Of a stretch of DNA of 64,000 bases, positions 9,999 to 18,382 are shown piece by piece. Numbering within the stretch: position 1 is the stretch's first letter; the number at the start of each line of letters is the position of its first letter. Location: positions 125,135 through 189,134 of IMG/VR virus record IMGVR_UViG_3300032220_000699; one strand, 5' to 3'. This DNA comes from a virus. Both the position numbers and the translations under genes were made by a program. Below the pieces are notes generated by a model. That model saw only the letters and a list, made by a program, of their open reading frames with translations. It ran no database searches and was not told where the DNA came from.

Positions 9999-11402
9999 CT
10001 AGGACTTGAGTTCGATACACTTATTGATAATGGTATCGAGGTTAAGAATATAGCTCATAAGCATGGTAACATTACTGTAATATGCTTCAGAAACTAGTTT
10101 AAACTTAATGAAGTCTTTGACCTTGGAGTCAATGTCGAGTTCCGCTAAGTTGGAATATTTATCCTGTTCTACGTCATAGATGAAGACCTTGATCTCATCT
10201 ATTAATTTATTAAGGTTAGAGTTTACGACGTTGAAATTATCAACGGACATACTTAGATCAATCAACATCTTATCCAAGTTTGTCATCAAAAAATCTAATT
10301 CTTTATCTTCAGTGATGCCTACTGCATCAAGATTGTATAGATATTCAGTCTTGAATGTCTTAAGTTGATAATAGTGGAAGTTCTCAATATTAGCCTTGAG
10401 ATAGTTTTCATACTGATCGAGGTGTGCTCGAATCATATTGAATCCTGGTAACATTGCCTTGTAAGCAAAGTCATCTTCTTCCGAAACAAAATTCGCATTG
10501 CTTAATGCTGAACCAATAGAATTAAAGTCGTTATTAAGCACATAATTAACGAACTTATTAGAATTTTCAATATAATTAACCAGAAGTTTGCACGTCTCTC
10601 TCGGATCGGATTTGTCAAGAACAGAGATCTCTGCTAAGAGTTTCTGGTCATTAACTAGATTGTGAGTGAAGTGATACTTACGGTTTTCAATAAACTGTCT
10701 TAGAACTGTAAGACGTTCATTGATATTTTTAATGGATTCAGCATTGCTATCGATAAAAGTTTTATTCTTACCGATATAGTTGTTCGCAATCGTGACAAGA
10801 TTGTTCAATGCTTCAAGTACAGATTCTTTAACATAGACAATCGGTTGTTCTTCGATAGCTATACGCTGTGCAATATTGAATGATTCCATCGACACCATAT
10901 ACTTGTCATAAGACCTTTTCAACGGATTAAAGACATTTGACAAGGTTACTTTTTTACCAGAAAGTTTAAGTGATTCCTGAGCAGACTTTTCACCATCGTC
11001 TTCACCTTCATCATTGGACATACCTGACCCAATTACTGATTTAAGTGAATCTTTGTCATCAGCTTGCGACGAAAGGTTTTCATCACCTTTGTCATTAGTG
11101 TTGTCGCTATCAGAGTTTCCCGAGTTATCTTCTCCGGAACCACCTTCACCATTTTCTTTGTTTTCTTCACCTTGGCCATCGCTATCGCCTCCAGAACCAT
11201 CTTCATCAGGATTCTCAGGTTCAGCATCCAGACGATCTTGAATCTCTGTCTTTAGCTCTTGGCGTTGTTTAATAATGTCAGCGGTAAGAGACACAGGGTC
11301 TTTATTCTTTTCCGCTAATTTCAACACCTTGTCAATGAGAAGATCATTGGCTTCAGTATCTACTTTCTTACCTTCTTCTTCAAGCGCAAATAACTTTGCC
11401 AT
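9999..11402 (-). CDS. Virion head protein with acidic propeptide
   Basis: MAKLFALEE start, D/E/G/N low-complexity region, SAQES and SMES candidate cleavage sites. Confidence 0.6.
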   Translation of the reverse strand: MAKLFALEEEGKKVDTEANDLLIDKVLKLAEKNKDPVSLTADIIKQRQELKTEIQDRLDAEPENPDEDGSGGDSDGQGEENKENGEGGSGEDNSGNSDSDNTNDKGDENLSSQADDKDSLKSVIGSGMSNDEGEDDGEKSAQESLKLSGKKVTLSNVFNPLKRSYDKYMVSMESFNIAQRIAIEEQPIVYVKESVLEALNNLVTIANNYIGKNKTFIDSNAESIKNINERLTVLRQFIENRKYHFTHNLVNDQKLLAEISVLDKSDPRETCKLLVNYIENSNKFVNYVLNNDFNSIGSALSNANFVSEEDDFAYKAMLPGFNMIRAHLDQYENYLKANIENFHYYQLKTFKTEYLYNLDAVGITEDKELDFLMTNLDKMLIDLSMSVDNFNVVNSNLNKLIDEIKVFIYDVEQDKYSNLAELDIDSKVKDFIKFKLVSEAYYSNVTMLMSYILNLDTIINKCIELKS

Positions 11403-11411
11403 GGTAACCTC

Positions 11412-11990
11412 TTAATAGTAATCTGCGAAAATGTACTTGAAGAACGTGATAAATGTATCACGATTAGTTTCTGACAGTTCAGTCAAGAATGTTTCCCAGT
11501 TATTGACATAATAAGTTTGCTTTTCAAACTCACGAAGATTTTCAATAACTTTGTCTGTTGTCAGCGCATTGTTATGAACAAAACGAATATTGAACGGAAC
11601 AATAGCGTAGTCACGATAGTTCGTAAAGAACTTGCCATTGATACAATCAAGACAGAATTTACGAGAGATATTTGACAAAGTCGTATTAGTTGCTTGAAGT
11701 TTAAAGAAAGAAGAAAAATCAATTTCTTTAAAAATTTCAATAGCAACATTGACTAAAGCAATATAATTTTCAAACGTTGGGCAATCATGATAACTATCCA
11801 ACAGTCTGTTAATAGTGTCAGAACGATAAACATTCTTATTCTTATAAAACTCAACCAGCGTAGCGTCGTTCGAAGCAACGATAGAACGATTAAAGATAGA
11901 ATCAGAGACAGTATCTTCGGGCTGGAAAGGCTTGAAATAGTTATTTGCCGGGATCATGAAACCCGAAGCAGCTACTATGAATTCATTCAT
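11412..11990 (-). CDS. Hypothetical protein in structural operon
   Basis: 192-aa ORF, AGGA SD, preceded by the ATTTTTTGA motif. Confidence 0.6.
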   Translation of the reverse strand: MNEFIVAASGFMIPANNYFKPFQPEDTVSDSIFNRSIVASNDATLVEFYKNKNVYRSDTINRLLDSYHDCPTFENYIALVNVAIEIFKEIDFSSFFKLQATNTTLSNISRKFCLDCINGKFFTNYRDYAIVPFNIRFVHNNALTTDKVIENLREFEKQTYYVNNWETFLTELSETNRDTFITFFKYIFADYY

Positions 11991-12079
11991 GTCAATTCCT
12001 AAGTGTAAAATATCAAAAAATTAGGGACAGAGATAAGAATTAATAAGAGACTGAGTCCGAAGACTCAGTCTCTTATAGT

Positions 12080-13003
12080 TTACTCTACGCTTTCTTCAAT
12101 CTTAGCAAGCTTGTAATCAATATCTGTAATACGTTTCTGGAGGTGTTCAATCTCCTTTTCCATGTTCAGATCTGATTGACCTTGTTCCTTCATGAGTTTC
12201 ATATGAAGATAACGCAGTTCAAGCAGCTTCTTCTTGTCTTTCAATTCACGGTAGCGATCAGCTTCCCACTGAGCGAAGATCAAACGAACAGAATAAATAG
12301 GTGAACCAATAAACTCATTCGGAAGATTGTTGAACATATCAATCTTTTCAGCATTGTAGATATCAACTACGTTGTCAACTTCTTCCTTAGGAAGCATGAC
12401 CTCAGTGATATCCTTCAATCGATCTGTAAAGACTTCGTGGGATTCACCGTACAGTGCAACCATACGAGCAAAAATCCAGATGTTCTTAGTGATAAATTCT
12501 TTTTGCTTCTTGTTGAGCTTATATTCTTTATTCAAGCCATGGTCGCCATTTTCTGCTTCTATGACATAGAAAAAGTTAGCAAGATCAAGAGCAAACTTAG
12601 TCATGAAATAATAATGACCAACCGCACGAAGCAGATTAGCCTTATAAGCTGTTAAAGCTTGACTGATAACAACATCATTGATCGCGTCGCTGATTTCCTT
12701 AAACAAGTAATCACCGTTGGTCTTGATGTTCTTAAACAGAATAAGAATGTCTGAAGCGATATTTTTATTTGGAGAAAGCTTAACCTTATGTTTAACTTGA
12801 CCAATTTCTTTATAAAATTCTTTAATAACTTTTGTAGCTTCGTCACTAGCAGGCGGAGCTACACGGTAAGCTTCTTCAAGAGAAGTGTAGATATCATTAA
12901 CAGTAGAGATTGCTTCAAGAGAAATCTCCATATCTGTTTCAATATCAGATTTAGAGAAAGAGGGAAGCAGTTTCTTTACGAAGCCTGCGATATTTAATTG
13001 CAT
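12080..13003 (-). CDS. Virion structural protein (phiKZ-like head/inner-body candidate)
   Basis: 307 aa with C-terminal coiled coil (ELKDKKKLLELRYL...IDYKLAKIEE). Position matches the phiKZ structural block (inference). Confidence 0.55.
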   Translation of the reverse strand: MQLNIAGFVKKLLPSFSKSDIETDMEISLEAISTVNDIYTSLEEAYRVAPPASDEATKVIKEFYKEIGQVKHKVKLSPNKNIASDILILFKNIKTNGDYLFKEISDAINDVVISQALTAYKANLLRAVGHYYFMTKFALDLANFFYVIEAENGDHGLNKEYKLNKKQKEFITKNIWIFARMVALYGESHEVFTDRLKDITEVMLPKEEVDNVVDIYNAEKIDMFNNLPNEFIGSPIYSVRLIFAQWEADRYRELKDKKKLLELRYLHMKLMKEQGQSDLNMEKEIEHLQKRITDIDYKLAKIEESVE

Positions 13004-13015
13004 AACGTTCTCCTA

Positions 13016-14158
13016 TTAAAAGCTTGGTGCGTTATTCAGAGAAAACGCTTTGATGATATCAGCGATATTGTTATTACCCTTATCGCTCATAGACTTGAAT
13101 GCGTCAAAGGAGTTCTGGCTAAAGCCATCGATATCCTTAACATAAATACTTACACGTTCCCATTCCTTATCAACAACAACGATCATCATCGCAGATGTGT
13201 TATTGAAGATAATTTCACGGGTATGTTCATTGGTTAATTTACCACCAATTTGTTTCTGGATGTATGATTCATCTTCTTCAGAGATAACCACGATACTAGA
13301 AACGCCTGCCAACGAGATGTTACCGCTCAAAGCAGAATACATACGGGAGTTATTAATACGTTTCATCAACTGGTTATAGTAACCAGTGGGGTCTTTGATC
13401 ATTGTCTTCTTCTGAGTCTTAATCAGATCAGAACACAAGATGAAATCTTTAATAAAACCGATACGACCAGAAATAGCGTCCTTAAAACGGCTACCAAGTG
13501 TAATCTCATCAGAATTAGCTGTCAGGATTTGATCAATCACATCGGCCGGAATAACCATGTTGTCGAGTTTAACAACAACAGGAATAGTAATTTCATCAGA
13601 AGCCTTACTGTCATTACCACGAACAGTAAACTTAACTTCCATAACTTTACCAACAGCTGATCCAAGCTTTTCGAAGGTTTCCAATTTCTGTGTAGAATTA
13701 CCAAGTGAATTGGTAGAATCTTCATCAAAAATAGATTCCATAACAAATGAAGGCTTTTCTGAACCAAGCATTGGAAGCTTATATTTACAATTTTCAAGAG
13801 ACAGTGTTTTCACATTAAGACTCTCATAGGCTGTATAACCAGAAGTCAATAATGTTTTCATATCACGATCTGGATTAGTTTTATCCAAGATCTTTAAAAT
13901 ACGAACGTCTGACAATTGTGCCGAAAGAATATGCACAGCTTGCAGATAGAAAGCGGCATAGATATTTAAAACACCATGAAGAATGTTATAAAGTTCTTTT
14001 GTACCTGTCAGGTTTGACGAGATAAGTGTGATCGGTTCAACTCTAGCGATCTTTGAAATATCGGCTAAAGAGACCGGATCACCCACCGTACCTTTATAGG
14101 TTACAACCACATTCCTTAGCATCTCCAGGAATGTCGGTTCACCATTAGCATTTGCCAT
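13016..14158 (-). CDS. Virion structural protein (phiKZ-like head/inner-body candidate)
   Basis: 380 aa; internal AYES/VMES candidate cleavage sites; coupled to 12080..13003. Confidence 0.55.
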   Translation of the reverse strand: MANANGEPTFLEMLRNVVVTYKGTVGDPVSLADISKIARVEPITLISSNLTGTKELYNILHGVLNIYAAFYLQAVHILSAQLSDVRILKILDKTNPDRDMKTLLTSGYTAYESLNVKTLSLENCKYKLPMLGSEKPSFVMESIFDEDSTNSLGNSTQKLETFEKLGSAVGKVMEVKFTVRGNDSKASDEITIPVVVKLDNMVIPADVIDQILTANSDEITLGSRFKDAISGRIGFIKDFILCSDLIKTQKKTMIKDPTGYYNQLMKRINNSRMYSALSGNISLAGVSSIVVISEEDESYIQKQIGGKLTNEHTREIIFNNTSAMMIVVVDKEWERVSIYVKDIDGFSQNSFDAFKSMSDKGNNNIADIIKAFSLNNAPSF

Positions 14159-14240
14159 TTTTTATTCTCCAATGTTTCAATGAGTACTAAATTAATACAA
14201 GTTAAATCGGGTGAAATTCAAACTATTTTAAGGCTTAATC

Positions 14241-15443
14241 ATGGCAGATAGTTCCTCTTCTGGTCAAGAGGTTGTATTTAATTCCTCTGTTGATCAAATG
14301 TTAGAAAACATGCCAGTTGGTAGCGTAAGCAAAGCTATTGGCAATAACATGTACGGTGTTAACTTTAGACAGACAGGAAACCCTGTTCCTCGTGCTAAAG
14401 ATATGTATGGTTTCACATTCTTTACGAGACCTCAGTTAAATCTGACTCGAATGAATATCACAAACTATAGGGGTTTTTATAATTTATTAACAGACAACAT
14501 GACAAGTTATCAGGCATTCACACGTTTGATGCTTGATCCTAGACTACAACATGTTGGTCAATTAATCTGTCCTTTTGCTGATAAGAATAATGCATTTATT
14601 CCTATCTTGACAAATAATATTCAGTCTTTATCTGGGTGGCCTGATCTTACTGCTCCTACTTACACTAGTGAAGCTGGACAGTTTGGTGAAGAACATAGCA
14701 TGGTTGATGGTGTAACTAACCACTTCGAGTCATTTGATTTGGACGTTACATTTAAAAATACAAAGGGTAATCCCTTAATCTATTTCTTCTATATATGGAT
14801 TAAATACCAGACTCTTGTCTTTGAAGGTATTCTTAATCCGTATATCGACATGATCACTGAAAACGAGATTGACTATAACACTCGTATTTATCGTCTTGTT
14901 CTTGATCAACAGAAACGTTATGTAACGTACATTGGGTCAACTGGTGCTAGTTTTCCTATGAACGTTCCGACTGGTTCTCTATTTGACTTTAACGTCGATA
15001 CACCTTTTAATACAAGAAACACAGAAATAAATATTCGGTTTAAGAGCATGGGATTCTGTGCTTTCGAAGATATCTTAAAACTCGAATTTAACAAGACTCA
15101 GGCTATCTTTAATTCAGATATCCGAAATATTCTTAAGCACGATCTTAAAGACAGTATTAGTGATAGTCAAAAAGCTCGTGACGATGGTATGACAGTTTAT
15201 CGTGTGCCTGGCTGTAACTATGTTAAGATCCCACATTTCTTAGCTATGTCTATGGACACTAGTGTCTTTAGTAATAGTTTCTTTAGTGTTAATCATAGAG
15301 CATATCCCTACATTAACTTAGTCACAAATGAACTTGAGTGGTGGGTTGATGAAAGAAGATTTAAACAGTCTAATGAAAAAGACTTTAAGAACATGGTTGA
15401 AAAGAACGGACTTCCGTCTAACGATCTACCCTATGACGGCTAA
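14241..15443 (+). CDS. Virion structural protein, possible baseplate/tube-type fold
   Basis: 400 aa. GFTFFTRPQLNL, LSGWPD and YNTRIYRLVLD resemble phiKZ-family structural proteins (from memory). Confidence 0.55.
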   Translation: MADSSSSGQEVVFNSSVDQMLENMPVGSVSKAIGNNMYGVNFRQTGNPVPRAKDMYGFTFFTRPQLNLTRMNITNYRGFYNLLTDNMTSYQAFTRLMLDPRLQHVGQLICPFADKNNAFIPILTNNIQSLSGWPDLTAPTYTSEAGQFGEEHSMVDGVTNHFESFDLDVTFKNTKGNPLIYFFYIWIKYQTLVFEGILNPYIDMITENEIDYNTRIYRLVLDQQKRYVTYIGSTGASFPMNVPTGSLFDFNVDTPFNTRNTEINIRFKSMGFCAFEDILKLEFNKTQAIFNSDIRNILKHDLKDSISDSQKARDDGMTVYRVPGCNYVKIPHFLAMSMDTSVFSNSFFSVNHRAYPYINLVTNELEWWVDERRFKQSNEKDFKNMVEKNGLPSNDLPYDG

Positions 15444-15457
15444 AGGAGTAAAAAAAG

Positions 15458-18334
15458 ATGCCTGATATAACACCCACTAATACACTTAATATCGCAGATG
15501 AACTTGATAAGTTAAGTCTGTACAAATATCATCCTAATGGTATTTTAAATGTATCTTTGAATCGTCTTACCGACATGCTTGATGGTAAGGTTGAAATCAC
15601 AGATCCTTCGAATCCATTTACTTATCTGCTTGAAACCTCTTGTCTTAATACAGCATTTGCTATTCAGGAGTATACTCTTCTGACTCGTAAGCTTTATCCA
15701 CGTCTTGCTAATACAGAAAAAGATCTGTACATGCATATGTCGGATTATGACTATCTTGGTATTTTCTCAGAACCTTCATACGGGACTGTGAAGTTCAATA
15801 TCCTGTTTAATGATTTTAAAACAAAGGCTAAGTACGATCCTGTTCAAAAGGAATACGTTCTGAAGCTTCCTCGTCATCTTAAATTAACTGTTGATAAGTA
15901 TATCTTTACACTTACCTCAGCTATTATTATCCGGTTGACAGAAACAGGTGTTGTTGATGTTAAGTTTGAAAATCAAGACTTCAACAATATCTTTCCTGTT
16001 GAAACAAATTACATTAACTTTAACTTCTATAGCGTTAATCAAAACGAGACGTACATTACGTTTGATTTGAAACTTCCTGAAGTTGATATTGAACCTGTAG
16101 AAATTCCGCTTGAAAAGTCTAAGCTCTTTAAGGGTTCTATGACTTTCAATCCGAAGAGAAAGTTCTATTACTTCCGTGCCTTCTATATGAAGGATGGTAT
16201 TTGGAATGAGATGCTCATTACACATACTGACGAAGTTTACGATATTTACAAACCAACATGTATTGTTAAAGTTCTTCAGAATGAAAACTCTGTAGAATAC
16301 TACGTGCCACCTGTTTATGTCAATAGCGGGCAGATTGATTCCAAGGTTAAGTTCTTGGTTTACACCACGAATGGTTATATTAATGTTAACTTCAATGACT
16401 TTGTAATTGGTAGCTTCTCTAGCGAATACAACCCTGTGTTCCCGGATGAAGAACTAGATGACCAAACAGAACCTCTTCAGTTGATCAGTAAGGTTATCTT
16501 TATTAAAGATAAGATCGTCGGTGGTCGAGATAATCTCACCTTTGATCAAATCAAAGAAGCTGTTATCAATAACAGTATCGGTGATCGTCAGCTCCCGATT
16601 ACAAATAAACAAAAAGAGTATTCTGTCATTCAGAATAACTTTAAACTTATCAAAGACGTGGATGTGGTTACTAACCGTGTCTTCCTTCTTGAAACAGATA
16701 TTCCTAAGGCTAACACACGTTATCCTATCACTAAGTTCAATCTTGACATTATTGAATTCAAGACAACTATTTCTAACCTAAAGAATAATGGTAACAATGT
16801 TGTTGATGTTAATTCTAGCGTTACGATTATTCCCGAAGGTTCTATCTTTAAGTTAACGACAGATGGTCTGTCAATGTTAACTGAACAAGAATATAATCAA
16901 TTAACTAGCTTGTCTGATATTCAATTGGCAACCGAAGTTAATAACAATGTTTATCTTTCAACGATGTATCATTATGTTCTTGATACATCTTCAAATGAAA
17001 CTCAACTTAGACCTTATGAGGTTTCTAATCCCACTGTTCCGCGTATTAGCTTTAAGGAGTTTAATGCGACAGGTCGAGTTGGTGTCAATACAACCAATAC
17101 AGGTATCACTAAGACTAACGAGGGTTACACACTGAATGTCTTAGCTAATCTGAAGAAATACGTTAACACTATCAATGAAACGAATGTTAAACCATATCTT
17201 GTCTTTACGGATAAGAATAATAGTCGTTTCTTCTTGGAAAGTTCTCTCTTCACCGAGATCAATAATAATCCGGTCTATAAATTCAATATCGAAACAAACT
17301 TCTATATTGATAAAAATAACCAATTGAATGTCACTAACTTTAGAGACATCAATAATAATCAAGCTAATATCTTCATTGACTTGGATTCTACCTTAGAAAT
17401 CATCTATATCAGTAACACAATTCCTCCGGCTTATGTATCCGGTGAATTGGATAACTATATCTTTAATAGTTACCTTGGTATTGGTAACTGTGTTGTGACA
17501 CTTGAAGAAATCAAGATCAACTTCTGTAGCTATCTTAAGTATCTTTATAACCAAATTCATAGCAGCACTGGTTCTTACGAGTATCAGACTTATGATGAAG
17601 ACGTTCCTTTACGTTACACATCACATGTTTATAACAATGCTAACGCACTTATACATGCTGTAAATGATATTGTTCATGATGATAACAACGAGGTTGTATT
17701 TAAACATCGTAAGGGTGACATTGTACTTGATGCAAATAATAACCCTGTCCCTATTAATGCGCTTGAATTAACTCGTTATCTTAATTTGTTGTTTATTGAC
17801 TATCGTGCTCAATTGGCTACAAAGAAGAATACAGTTGATTATAGAAAACAAGTTAAGTCTTATCTGACTGAAAATATTACAACAAACGCGGTAAGTGTTC
17901 AGAATCAACTTCTGGAAAACACCGAAGCCTATGTTGTTGTTCCTAAGAATATTAATCTGACTACTGTTAAAACACCCTATCGCACAATAAATATTTCTTG
18001 TCTACAATCATTTATTTTCGACGTGAATGTTTCTGAAACAGTTTACAACGATGTAAATATTCGTGACAATATTGAATATACAATTATTGATGAAACTGAT
18101 AATTATTTATCAGCTAACACAACTTATAGCAGAACAGCTTTGCTTGACATTCTGTATAATAAGTTAAAAGAGTATGTACGAAGTATTAGTATTCCTAAGT
18201 TTACTGAACTTAATGAAGAGTTTATTGAGCTTGTGAATACAAACTATCGCATCAGTCTAAATAAGGTTTTAACTGTTGATACCGACGGTTATGATCTCAA
18301 AGAAGACATTGTTGTTAATTTCGTTAAGACGTAA
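15458..18334 (+). CDS. Large virion structural protein, probable baseplate component
   Basis: 958 aa; DPSNPFTYLLE and GGRDNLTFDQIKEAVI resemble baseplate wedge proteins. Confidence 0.55.
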   Translation: MPDITPTNTLNIADELDKLSLYKYHPNGILNVSLNRLTDMLDGKVEITDPSNPFTYLLETSCLNTAFAIQEYTLLTRKLYPRLANTEKDLYMHMSDYDYLGIFSEPSYGTVKFNILFNDFKTKAKYDPVQKEYVLKLPRHLKLTVDKYIFTLTSAIIIRLTETGVVDVKFENQDFNNIFPVETNYINFNFYSVNQNETYITFDLKLPEVDIEPVEIPLEKSKLFKGSMTFNPKRKFYYFRAFYMKDGIWNEMLITHTDEVYDIYKPTCIVKVLQNENSVEYYVPPVYVNSGQIDSKVKFLVYTTNGYINVNFNDFVIGSFSSEYNPVFPDEELDDQTEPLQLISKVIFIKDKIVGGRDNLTFDQIKEAVINNSIGDRQLPITNKQKEYSVIQNNFKLIKDVDVVTNRVFLLETDIPKANTRYPITKFNLDIIEFKTTISNLKNNGNNVVDVNSSVTIIPEGSIFKLTTDGLSMLTEQEYNQLTSLSDIQLATEVNNNVYLSTMYHYVLDTSSNETQLRPYEVSNPTVPRISFKEFNATGRVGVNTTNTGITKTNEGYTLNVLANLKKYVNTINETNVKPYLVFTDKNNSRFFLESSLFTEINNNPVYKFNIETNFYIDKNNQLNVTNFRDINNNQANIFIDLDSTLEIIYISNTIPPAYVSGELDNYIFNSYLGIGNCVVTLEEIKINFCSYLKYLYNQIHSSTGSYEYQTYDEDVPLRYTSHVYNNANALIHAVNDIVHDDNNEVVFKHRKGDIVLDANNNPVPINALELTRYLNLLFIDYRAQLATKKNTVDYRKQVKSYLTENITTNAVSVQNQLLENTEAYVVVPKNINLTTVKTPYRTINISCLQSFIFDVNVSETVYNDVNIRDNIEYTIIDETDNYLSANTTYSRTALLDILYNKLKEYVRSISIPKFTELNEEFIELVNTNYRISLNKVLTVDTDGYDLKEDIVVNFVKT

Positions 18335-18342
18335 ATAAGATA

Positions 18343-18373
18343 TCCAAGAGAGGGAGTGATCCCTCTCTTGGAC
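18343..18373. terminator. Hairpin between convergent genes
   Basis: TCCAAGAGAGGGA-GTGA-TCCCTCTCTTGGA. Confidence 0.7.
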
Positions 18374-18382
18374 TCTTTATGA

